64,000 nt of DNA from Octopus vulgaris. Taxonomy: Eukaryota. The number at the start of each line of letters is the position of its first letter. Position 1 is the first letter of the stretch. This document shows, piece after piece, positions 36,481 through 48,571 of the stretch. The notes under the pieces are model-generated. The model worked only from the letters and a program-made list of their open reading frames with translations. It was not told the DNA's origin and made no database searches. The stretch lies in the NCBI GenBank assembly GCA_951406725.2, contig OX597827.1, positions 33,976,001 to 34,040,000 on the forward strand. Reading direction: 5' to 3'. A program made the translations under genes and the position numbers.

Positions 36481-36864
36481 TGCAACCCTTGCTTACACTG
36501 GGCGGAAACTGAAGGAGGCCCGTTGCATATGTGTGTGTGTGTGTGTGTGTGTGTGCGTTTGTTTGTGCTTCTGTTACACACACACACTGCTAACAGTTGC
36601 TGGTTTGCTTATGTCCCCGTAACTTAGCGGCTCAGCAAAAGAGACCTTTAGAATTAGTAACAGACTTTAACAAACAGATAAGTAGAAGGGTCGATTTGTT
36701 CGAAAAAGGCTGTGCCTCAGAAGTTTTAGAGTTTCCTTGCACAGACAATCAAGTTGATTATACCACGAGAAGCACGGAATCCTTGAAAAGTAGGCTTCAT
36801 GTTCATCCACAGCTGAGCAAGATGAATTACTCGACGAGCTAACGATTCTACCTGCTTGCCGCCT

Positions 36865-36938
<74 letters not shown>

Positions 36939-36954
36939 ATAATAATAATAATAA

Positions 36955-37440
36955 GTACCAGGCAGTGGTTCTCGTGGCTTCTGATCTTAACTGATTGGAA
37001 GTGTTATCATGTACATTGTTTTGTCTTGGTATAAAAGATGGGCTACAGCAAATATTCTGCTCAATACCACAGATTTGCTTGTTGGTTCTTTGACCTTAAC
37101 CAGTTGAGCATGTCCCTTAGTGGCTGACGATATGTGCATCCCTGATCACGAGCAGAAGTAGTGGGGGAGCATCATAGCCATGTGTTGAGAGGGATTCTTT
37201 GAGGTTTGAATAATTCACCTCCGGAAACATGGGTGTTTCGTTCACATCCTTAAACAATCGTTATTCAGGGACCTTTCGAGCGTGATGGGTTACTCGACCA
37301 GAAGACAATTCTAACTGGGCCCCACCTGCAAGGTCATGTGCTGTTTATTTTGATATGAGATCATCATGTCGCACACATACAGTTGTGATGCATGTGCCTA
37401 GTGTATCCTTCTCAGACGGGTGTACTGGGCTTCGTATACG
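36955..37440. mobile_element. Copy of the ~560-bp (TAA)n-associated repeat
   Basis: Colinear with 10135-10635, next to (TAC)n(TAA)n. Confidence 0.85.
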
Positions 37441-38035
37441 CCACTTTTCCTTCTTTATAATTCGAACTAAATATGTTCATCATGTCTCACGTTTGCATTT
37501 GTTCACAATTCGGGGAAATTAGATCACCCGAAGGTTCCAGGTTCAACCCTCACTCAATGTAGCATTTGGAAAACAGCAGAACACTTAAGAGTCATGACCT
37601 AGGTAGGATTAACTCTCTTAGACTGTCAAAATCTAGAGGGCTAAAATGCTTGCTTGACGGGAGTTTCTCTTCTGAAGATTTGTACTATTGTGGCATGCCA
37701 CGAAGAAAGTTTCCACTTACTAACAAAGCATAGCATAGCAAAAATAAATACTGTTATAAGAAACTCCAATTAAGACTGTTTTCTACATTTGGTCTTTCAA
37801 GATGCCCGTATTTTGATTTTTAGGTAATTTGAATTCAGCTTTTTAGGACTGGTTTTATGACTGGCACCGTCTACAGATAGTTCCCGCAAAAGCAATCCCT
37901 CTCTTCGTCTGCTTGTCTTCGGTATGGTGAGTAACACAGATATTAATGTTATTTCTCGAGTTGTTAATAACTAAGCTTCATTTTCTTACCAACTACCTAA
38001 ATTATAGCTAATTATATTTATACATACATACGTTA

Positions 38036-38198
<163 letters not shown>

Positions 38199-38208
38199 AA
38201 ATGTATAT

Positions 38209-38260
<52 letters not shown>

Positions 38261-38315
38261 GAGAGAGATACGACAGAGGTAGAGAGAGGGAGAGTCTCAG
38301 AAACACACATATATT

Positions 38316-39182
38316 CAGGGTGTTCGGGTTAAATTTGACAGATTGCATAAAAGGAAAAGTAAGCAACAATATCCCATCCAAAAATAAAAATATTTTAAAA
38401 TATCAAAACATATCAACTAGATTACTGGCCGGGAGATGACAGTTTACTCAAAGTAGCAGCCCTCAACTTCCACCTCGGCCTCAACATGGTACATATTTTC
38501 GCGCATATTTTCCTCACTGTGTCCCGGAAAACATTTTGAAACACTTGCTTAATCTTGACCACTAGCTTGGTTTTAGAGTTGCAGGCAGAGCGGTTAGTGT
38601 CTTTCTCAACCGCGCCTCACAAATGGTAATCAAAGGGATTACAATCGGCGAATTAGGAGGGCAGAAATTGGTGCAGATGAAGTCTTAGAAATTTTTCCAA
38701 TAATCACTTCTGAATCTTTCCGGAGGTGTGGCATAGAGCCGAATTATGTTGCCACACACATCATTCCAGCAGCAACCCTCTTCAACAATGGATTGACCAT
38801 AGTCTCTAGCAGCTTCCCATAATCGTCTGATTGAGCTTATGACCCTGTTCAAGGGTATGGGGATGAACTTCGTCGTGTGGACGCGGTCAGAACGCCTGCT
38901 ACACTGCTCACTGCTGGCCACAACTTCGTAGTCTCCGTTGCAGCTGATCACGTTACGTCTTACAGCCTTTACAGAGAATTTAGCAGCAGTCATGATGTCG
39001 GCATTTTGATATCCGGCGCAAATCATCATGACACAGATAACTTTTCTAATATTCAGATGGCTTCAAGTAGCTACAGTCTTAATCATTATTCTTTCCAGCG
39101 TCGTTCACTATTCCCCAATGCTTCAAGTTATTCCTAAAAACGGAGACGTAAAAATATCATTAAATTTAACCCGAACACCTTG
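38316..39182 (-). mobile_element. Internally deleted maT/Tc1-like element
   Basis: TIRs CAGGGTGTTCGGGTTAAATTT and AAATTTAACCCGAACACCTTG, with a decayed transposase on the minus strand. A same-family end lies at 46296-46525. Confidence 0.8.
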
Positions 39183-39269
39183 TAATGGCAGCTACAAGAA
39201 GTTGTTCCTCAAGCGATCAAGAACACTTCTATTGTCCATCTGTACTGAGAAAGGTTAACAGGCAGTCTT

Positions 39270-40420
39270 GTGGCGACCACCGATGAATTTCTTTCCTTGT
39301 CATCGCTGGCAAGATACTCGCAAGAGCTCACCTTATTCGCTTCACTCAGCATAGGGAAGAAGGGAATCTGATAGAGAGTCAGTGTGGCTACTGAGAGAGC
39401 AGTGGGACAGTCGACTTTATCTTTGTTGCACATCAACTTCAGGAAAATGCCAGGAACAGAACAGGGACCTATATATGTTTGCAGACTTAATCAAGGCCTT
39501 TAACACCGTCAGACATGAGAAGTTGGGTAAGTTTGGTTGCCCGGATAAATTCATCAGCATGGTGAGACAGTTTCACGACGGCATGCTCGCTTGAGTACTA
39601 GACATTGGAGATATTTCCGATTCATTCCCATTCCGATTCATTCCCGTCAAGCAGGGTTGTGTACTCACACCTACGCTGTTCAACACGATAATCTCAATCA
39701 TGCTGTCGGATGCCTTCTGCAACAAAAACGAATCTAACATTAAGATCAGATTCAGGACTGTAGTATGTGGAGGCTACAGGTCAAGACTAAGGGGGAACTT
39801 CCTATTTGTGCGACTTCCTTTTTGCAGATGACTGCCCACTCAATACCACCACAGAGAAACATGTGCAACGAAGAATGAATTGCTTTTCCGTTGTCCGAAA
39901 CAACTTTGGCCTCACAATCAGTACTCAGAAGATAGAGGTCATGCACCAACCCGCTCCACAGAAGCCGGATGTGGAAGCAACTATCACTATTGAATGGGAA
40001 ATCCTCGGCAGCACACACAGCAGATCTGTGAGGCTGGCTACCAAGTTGAAAGTGTATCAAGCAGCTGTATCGCCTACGCTACGGTGCGCCTGCGACACGG
40101 TTTACGAACGCCACGTCACAAAGCTTCACCATGAACTACCTGAGAAAGCTGTTGAAAATCACCTGGTAAAACAAAATCCTTGACACAAAGGTCCTCTCTC
40201 GAACTGATCTGTCAAGTGTTTACACACTGCTGAGAAGAGGTGAAAGTAAGGTGGGCAGGTCACCTTGTTCGAAAACCTGACAAGCGACTCCCCAAGAGAC
40301 TGTTTTACAGAGAAAAACGGAAGGCTAGTCCACGCAAGGTGGACAGAAGAAGCGCTCTAGGGACACACACAAAAGCTCACTGAAGAGCTTTGAGATCAAC
40401 CTTGACACCTCTGCTCCAAG
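39270..40420 (+). mobile_element. RTE-clade LINE RT remnant
   Basis: KCQEQNRDLY.FADLIKAFNTV..KFGCPDKFISMVRQFHDGM..VKQGCVLTPTLF..DFLFADDC..FGLTISTQK. Confidence 0.9.
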
Positions 40421-40504
40421 ATTCATTGTTCCAAAAATTAACTGTTTCACATTCTTCTGAAAATTTACAAATTATTTTATATAAACATACATACACATAT
40501 ATAT

Positions 40505-41125
40505 ACATGCTAGGGTAAACGGCAGTCGAAACAGCTGTCAAGCTTCTAACAGCTTACAAGGACGCTGCCATAAACAAATCACAAATTTACGAGTGGTTTT
40601 CACGCTTTAGGAAGAATAACTTGTCACTTGAAGACCAACCTCGTTCAGGGCGTTCGTCGACCTCTTAAACGAATGAAAACATGAACTGAAGCGAACGAAA
40701 ATTCATGAACTGAACTTGTAGGACCATCACCGAACAATTGACAAACTTGTTGATATGGCTAGTGTGTCCCGGAGCTCCAGCCAACGAATTTTGAGCCAGG
40801 AATTGAGAATGAAAAGAGCTGAGACAAAATTTGTACCTCGCTTACTCACGGAAGATCAAAAGCAGTTACGACTGAATGTGTGTCGTGAACTGAAAGAATC
40901 GTTGGAATTTGAACAGGGCCTCTTTTCGAAGGTCATCACTAGCGACGAAAGCTGGTACTACGGTATTTGCAGGTGTCAAAGAGATGAAGAAAAAACGACG
41001 GAGGCGTTAAAAGGCATCACTTTGCAAAAATTCCAGCACTGTTTCAAATAGTGGGAAACGCATCTGGACCGATACATTACTCCAAATGGAGAATACTTTG
41101 AAGGCGATAAGAGTGTAAATTTGTC
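40505..41125 (+). mobile_element. Internally deleted mariner
   Basis: IYEWFSRF..EDQPRSGRSST..KFVPRLLT..VITSDESWYY, then a jump to ..NGEYFEGDK. Confidence 0.85.
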
Positions 41126-41330
41126 ATCCCAGTTACTTATTACAGCCTTGTACTCGACTGACACTAAAGTATATGTATATGGAGTCCAACACCAGGTTAT
41201 TAGCCTCGCAATATCTAAGCGAAATAGGGATGTGTGTGTGCTTGTGTGTGTGCATATACACATGATATACAAATGTATATACATGCATATCTGTATTCCC
41301 TATATTCATATAGATATACTTCCATGTTTA

Positions 41331-42615
41331 TGAGGGGTGTATGAAAAGTTTTGAGCCTAACCTAGAAACAGGGCTGCTAGGTAACTGAAACAATTTTTGC
41401 TGGTAAGCACAGTCTTTTCGGAGTATTGTTGCTCATTTTCATGATTTTGAAATTTTTTATGTTACAGATTTTTGAATAAACAAGTGTCGAGGTTACAAGG
41501 AAAATGAAGAAAACTGAGTATCGTGCTGTCAAATGAGTATCTTCATTTGAAAGGCAAGACTCCATCAGAAATACATGAAGATACAGTGAGAACCTTAACA
41601 GACAATGCTCCTTCATATGCAACAGTCAAACGCTGGGTAAATGAATTCCAGCGTCGCAGGGAGAGTGTGAAAGATGATCACACACGAGGGAGGCCTCCAG
41701 CTGCAACCACCGAGGACAACATTGACCTTGCTCTTGGTATGGTAATGCAAGATCATCGAATATCAATCATGTCGCCAGATAGCTGATAGACTGGGAATAT
41801 CAAATGAAAGAGCAGACAACATTATGACAAAAGAACTTGGGTTCTCAAAGGTTTCTGCAAGGTGGATCCCTCGCCTTTTGATCCTGAACAGAAACGCACA
41901 AGGTGCACTTGTTCACAAGCAAACTGGGACTGTTTGAAGCCGATGAAGAGAATTTACTTGCTCGTTTTATTACTATGGACGAAAGTGGGGTTCATCACTA
42001 CCAGCCTGAAACCAAAGAACAATCAAAGCAGTGGAAGCACGCATGTTCTCCTACTCTAAAGAAGGCCAGGTCATTTCCTTCAGATGACAAGGTCATGGCG
42101 TCAGTTTTTTTGGATTCTCAAGGTATCTTACTGATCGATAACCTTGAAAAGGGTCACACCGTGACAGGAATATTATTCTCAGCTACTGTAATGTCTCCAG
42201 GAAGCAATCAAAGAAAAAAGGCCAGGAATGCTCACCAGAGGAGTCCTTTTTCATCACGACAATGCTCCAGCCCACACCTCAGTGGTTGCCATGGCAACAA
42301 TTCGTGATTGTGGATACGAACTTATTCTCCATCTGCTTTATTCGCCAGACTTAGCCCTCTCTGACTTTCAGCTATTCCCAAATATGAAAAAAGCTTGGTT
42401 GCCATTTTGCCACTAACAATGACGTCATAGACACTGTAGGAAGTTCCTTAGAGTCTCAAACAAAAGAGTTCCTCTATGCCGCGATAATGGCACTTCAGCA
42501 CCGCTGGAGAAAGTGTTCAGCCATCAAAGAGGACTATGTTGAAAAATAAATCATCAGATGTCTTGTACTATGTTTTAAAGTTTTTTGAGGCTCAAGATTT
42601 TTCAGATACCCCTCA
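41331..42615 (+). mobile_element. Full-length defective mariner
   Basis: TIRs TGAGGGGTGTATGAAAAG..GAGCCT and AGGCTC..TTTTCAGATACCCCTCA, TA TSD. ITMDESGVHHY, HHDNAPAH and YSPDLALSDFQLFP motifs. Confidence 0.93.
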
Positions 42616-42790
42616 TATTTATCTGTACGTATAAATGTGTATGTTTATGCGAGTGCGTATGTCTCAATGTATATTCATGAGAATCACATGTTTGAGAATC
42701 ACGTGTTTGAGAATTTGAGACTGACCGAGATAATAAAAGTACATGTTATGTGCGCGCACGCACGCACACACACACATACGCAAATACGCT

Positions 42791-42840
<50 letters not shown>

Positions 42841-42952
42841 TATATAACTGCATGTCTTCTCTCGACTTTTCAAACGTGTATAAGTAGTCAATAACTCAAA
42901 ACTCTAAACACTTGTTAAGAATCCGTAAGTCTTGTTTTCTTTTACCTCTTTA

Positions 42953-43150
42953 TACATACATACATACATACATACATACATACATACATACATACATACA
43001 TACATACATACATACATACATACATACATACATACATACATACATACATACATACATACATACATACATACATGCATACATACATACATACATGCATACA
43101 TACATACATGCATGTATGCATACATACATATATACACACATACATACATA
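42953..43150. repeat. (TACA)n microsatellite
   Basis: Direct reading. Confidence 0.98.
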
Positions 43151-43389
43151 ATTTCATTACATACATCACTGGATTTAGACAAAGTTCTGGTTTAAGCATC
43201 CCATATAACACTTACATAATTTTTTTAATTTTTGGAATATTTTTTGTTTTGGTTTTTGTATAATCATATGAATTTCCATGTGTAGAATACAAACTGGTAA
43301 AAGTTTTATGAAAATTCAAAAAAAAATAAAAAAAGGTACGAGGGTTATATGAGGTACTGAAATTAGAATTCCTCCAGGATTTAATTTCG

Positions 43390-45960
43390 AGCTACTATTA
43401 ATTTCAGCCTCTGATAATATTATCAGAGAAATTGATAGCATTATGCATGCGAGGAAATCACTTCTTTTTTTCGAGGATTCCACCTGGATTAAGAAGAGTG
43501 ATGATTCTCTTTTCGATGTACCGATGGGGGCATACGACGGGGCTGAGTTATGTATGCTCATAGGAGCCTGTATTCTTCATAATCTAAAAATAGAATTCCC
43601 ATTTATAGATGCAGTTTTATATAGGGATGACGACCTTATAGCCACGCATAATCTAAACGGCCATGAATCAGATAGACTTAGGAAGGACCTTATTGCTTTC
43701 TTTCAAAGGATGGGCTTACGGGTTACAATAGATGCTAACCTGAATAGTGTAAATTTTTTAGACGTAAATTTTAATGTAAGGTCGGATAGATTTAAACCTT
43801 TCCGTAAGCCCAATGAAAAGCTATCGTATATTAGCAAAGATTCGAACCATCCACCAGTTATCCTTAGGAACTTAGTCAGCAATGTAGGTAGAAGAATATC
43901 TTCAATTTCTTCGGACGAGGCAGCGTTCCATAATGCTGCACCTTATTACGATAGCGCATTAAAGAATAGTGGATTCTCTGAGAAGATCCAATACAGCCAG
44001 CTTAATGCTGATAATAATGCTGCACGAAGAACTAGGACCAGGAAAGTTTTGTGGTTCAACCCGGCTTTCAATTTGGCCGTAAAGACTAATATAGGTAAGG
44101 AATTTTTGAGATTAGTCTCTAAGCATTTTAAGCAGGGCCATAAATTCTATAGGATATTTAATAGAAGAACCCTGAAGGTTAACTATTCTTGTTGCAGAAA
44201 TTTCGCCTCTTACATTAGCCATCATAATAGGAATCTGATTGAGATTAAACATGGTGCCGAGCCCATTAAGAAATGCAATTTCAAAAATGAAAACTCCTGT
44301 CCGTTAGAAGGGAAATGTCTAGTAAAAGGAGTAGTTTATAGAGCCAAGGTACAAATAGAAGGCTCATCGGAATACAAGACATATACAGGGGCTTCAGAAA
44401 ATTCGTTTAAAACACGATTTTATTCGCATAAAAATTCATTTAGATACCCAGAGAATAGGAAGAGGACCAGCCTAGCAAAATATGTCTGGGAACTAAAAGA
44501 AAAGGAAACCCCACCTTTCAACGTGACATGGAGCATTCTGGACAGAGCGGCACCATACAGGCATTGAGCACACAGGAATAATTTTAAATGCAATCTTTGC
44601 CTATTAGAGAAACTGTTTATTTTATTCAAAGACAATAATTCTTTGAATCAAAGAAGTGAGCTGATGAACTTATGTAGACACGCAACCAAATTTAAAATGT
44701 CAAATATAAATATACCATATGGATATGGTATATATTTTGTATTTTGATTTTTGAAATTTTGATTTTGACTCTTGGACTAGTACGTAAACGCGACGATGGA
44801 TTTGTTTCGCGCTATGCAGATTTCATTCCGTATAGCAAAGTCTCATGCATATATTTTGTTTATTTTACTTATATTTCTACATATACCTTAGGAAAAACCT
44901 TCGGCTTTGTTTATTTCATGTTATTGTACTGTATAGGATTACTTTGATTTTTAATTTATAGATGATCCAAAATAGGGTGTTATATTTTATATGTCTTTCG
45001 TATATTTTTCATTATTGCACTCACCATTTTTTTAAAAAAGCAATGTTGTCAAAAATTAGAATTTTGATGTAAATATGTGTATAGCAATGGATATGTATTT
45101 GTAAGCATGCGTCTCTGTGTATGTGTAAGTGAGCGTATGCTTGTGCTTAAGCACACACATACACGTCTGTATGTGTATATATCCATTTGAACTTGTGTGT
45201 TTGTATACTTGTCTCTATATATATGTCAATAACGTGGTTACACAGCTTGTATACATAATTTTTCCTATTTCGTTTTTTCCCCACCCCTCCTTTTTCTTTT
45301 TTCCTTCCCCCTTCTTCGTTCCTTTTTCTCTCTCTTCCTTTCTTTCGTTTTTTTTTCTCTAACTGATACTGGTGCATACAACTTTACGTCCCCCTCACTT
45401 ACTTGTCTTAAGCTTTGCTCCGTAAATAAGGAACGCTACATTAGCATCGATGATTTTAACTTGCGTGCGAGATAGATTGCGTATATATATGCATGCATGC
45501 ATTTGTGTGTATATTTTATATTTATATTTATACGTCTGTATATGTATGGCGTTTGCACGCATCCTTCTGTGTATGTTGATATATATATATGTACACTTTA
45601 ATATGAATATGTGTTGCAGTGTAATATTTATAATGCATTTTAATTTCTATGTATTAATTATATTTCCTTCATTAACGTCAATATGTATTTTATTCAATGT
45701 AAGGTTTTTCCTCGAATTTTATAATTTTTATAATTTTTTTATATATATACATATATATTTTTGAGCTCATTTTTTGTTTATCGCTCGAAGATTGACCGTT
45801 ATTTCTAAAGGGCCAATCAAACAAGTCCATTTTTTAAAGGTGTAGCGTTTGTAAGAGTCTGGATTGAATTGATATATCGGTTCCATTCTAACAAAAACTG
45901 TCTGATGAACGGCAACGAGAAACTCAGAGTAACAGATTTTGTTGAATTTTCTGCTGCTTT
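43390..45960 (+). mobile_element. Penelope-like element, 5'-truncated (RT + C-terminal GIY-YIG + long 3' region)
   Basis: FDVPMGAYDGAE, LYRDD, FLDV, SNHPP, WFNP, CPLEGKCL, GVVY..YTGASE..FKTRF..H, CNLCLLEK and LNQRSEL..CRH. Confidence 0.92.
45898..45935 (+). ncRNA. Minimal type I hammerhead ribozyme motif at the PLE 3' end
   Basis: ctgt-CTGATGA-acggcaacga-GAAAC-tcaga-GTA-acag. Confidence 0.7.
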
Positions 45961-46038
45961 AAATAAAGCATATTACTCTACCACTGGTATTTGAGTACTC
46001 TTTTTTTCCACCTTGTTTCACATTTATGCGTTTACTCC

Positions 46039-46082
<44 letters not shown>

Positions 46083-46669
46083 ATGTATGTATATATAGAT
46101 TTCTCTCCCCGTTTTTTCGTTCTCTCTCCATTTTTCCCTCTCGTCCCTTCCTGTCGAAGAGCGTTGGCTCGAAACATCAAAGACTTTTCCATTCTTCCCA
46201 AGCGTCAAACTAATACACCTACTTGTTGTTCCCTCGTCCGTCATCGTCTTTTGTTTTCTGCAAATTTGAACTATATATATTCGATGTGTGTGTGTGGTGT
46301 TCGGGTTAAATTTGACAGTTTGCATAAAAGGAAAAGAAAACATCTTATTCAAAAGTAAAAGTATTTTAATTTATCAAAAAATATCAACTAGATTATGGCT
46401 GGGAGATAACAGCTTTCCCCATGCCTCAACACGGCTCCAGAACTTGGTGCATCCATTCTTCATTGTGTTCCTGGGAAAATCTTCGAACATCTCTTTGATC
46501 TTGGCCACCTGTTCCAACATGTATTAATGTTTTTTTATATTTTTCTCCCCATAAATTCATTTAATGGAATGATGATGCATCCAAGGGTGATCAATTGTTG
46601 AGATTTAAGTAAAAAAACTTTTTGTACTTTAAATTCTTACACCCAATGTGCGCGCGTGTGTGTGTGTAA

Positions 46670-47212
46670 GAACTTCACCATTCAAACTGACAGGAAGATA
46701 GATGCAAATAGACCAGACATCATATTGAAAGTCTTCTGAAAAAGTCATGCCGCTTCATTGATATGACTGTCCCAATCGATATAAACGTATCTGTCAAGAC
46801 CTACCAAAAACTGAGCAAATATAAAGATCTGGAAATAGAAATCAGCAAAATGTGGAACTTGAAGACTAAAACAATACCTGTTGTCACAGGTGCCATATGA
46901 ATGATAGCAAAAGGGGCTGATTACTACCTAGCTCAGATACCAGGAAACCCCAAAATAGCAGAAATTCAAAAGATAGTGCTCATGGGAACTGCCCATATCC
47001 TACGCAAAATACTTTCTATGTAAACTTAAGGTTTAAAACAAACACATAATTTTCTTATGGTTTCTTAAACATTCTCTAGAACAACAAAACCAAATATATG
47101 GCACCCTAGGTATAACGCCAGCATGAACTTCCAACTTGTTGTCTCTTGAGGTCTCTGGGTGAGACTTGGAATCAACTTGTACAAATGTAAAACAAAAGTC
47201 AAACATAAGATA
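46670..47212 (+). mobile_element. R4/Dong LINE 3' end (restriction-like endonuclease + 3'UTR) ending in (TAA)n
   Basis: [62 protein letters not shown]. Confidence 0.9.
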
Positions 47213-47244
47213 TAATAATAATAATAACAACAACAACAACATCG

Positions 47245-47386
47245 AAAAATACCTTAGGAACGAGAACCCAGGTTCGAAATTTCCCCATCAGCTGAAACGT
47301 TGTGTTAACAACAAACAAGATGAGGACAAACATCCGTCAAATGTAAATAATGTACAAAATTCCTCATCTCTTAAATATAGAACTGT
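47245..47386 (+). mobile_element. Deleted copy of the PLE pseudo-LTR seen at 11881-12056
   Basis: Colinear sequence, with the hammerhead 5' half deleted. Confidence 0.8.
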
Positions 47387-47399
47387 AGGAACTTTGGGC

Positions 47400-47940
47400 T
47401 TGGGCACAAACAAGAACACCCTTCCTGATCAAATCTACCTTCTACGTTTTACCTTCATCAGCCAATTTAGTCCGGTGGAACATACAAACAACTGATGAAT
47501 GTAGATGCGGAGAGAAAGCGACGGTGAGAATGTTCTGTCAAACTTCAGGCGTCACAATCAAGTCCTCGGTGTCATAAGCGCAGCACTCGAGGAGAAGATC
47601 GAGGGATATAATAGGGGAGAGTACCCAAAAGTGGAAAAGCGCGGAAGGATATACTTCCGTTCGTTGATACTGCATCGAAGAAACCAAAGAACAAAAGAAA
47701 AGAGGAGAAAAAGATGCACTCAACACCAGAGCTGAAGACACCACCAAAAGGGGGGAGCGCCTGGTCGAAAACGGAAGGGGAGTAGGGGCCGAAACCGGAC
47801 GTGGTTCCTGCTGATGATGTCTTTAGCCAATGAATCCTATAAAGGAGCTGTTGAGGTAGCGAACCACGAAACGTGGTAGGAATTCCTCAGACTCTCCAAT
47901 ACCTGTGTAATCGATACGGGTTAAGTCTAATTTGAGCAGC
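47400..47940 (+). mobile_element. Hero/R2-like LINE C-terminal remnant
   Basis: CGE..RRHNQVLGVISAALEEKI resembles the RHNQVL motif that follows the CCHC finger. Confidence 0.5.
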
Positions 47941-48476
47941 CCCAAATATTTATGGCGGGCGATGAAAATATTTTAAACGAAAGAAATGATTTTTTGTTTT
48001 TTGTATTTTTACACAATCGTACAAATTCGCCAAAAAAATTTCTAAAAATACCAAAAAGTGAAGAAGTTATGACCGCTTACATGGCCTGCGTTGATATAAT
48101 AGCAGTGTGCATGAGCGAATATTTTTAACTTGTTGAATTTGGACTTTAAGGATTTCAAAGATTATTTTGAAATTATAATCAAATGATAGATTCGGACTGT
48201 CCGTATTTTAAAACTATGATTATGAAAAAGATTTTTTTTTAAATTCGAGAAAGAGTAGAAATTTTAGGATTTATGGGGTGGAGGTGGGAGTGGGAGGTTT
48301 CAAAAATTAAAAATAAAATTCCTATTTTTGTATTATATCATGAATTCCCATGTGTGAAACACAAATTCGCAAAACTTTTCTGGAAATTCCAAAAGATAAA
48401 AAAAAAGTTATGAGGGGTTACCTGGAGTTCTTAAATCAGAACTCAGCATGCTAACGATTCTGCCAGCTTAACGCCT

Positions 48477-48556
<80 letters not shown>

Positions 48557-48571
48557 ATAATAATAATAATA

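Noticed and set aside
44565-44567. In-frame TGA in the Penelope ORF as selenocysteine
   Set aside because: Sec-encoding PLEs are reported for Naiads, which have an N-terminal endonuclease. This copy has a C-terminal one, other apparent decay (YRDDDL, CNF) and no SECIS that I could see.
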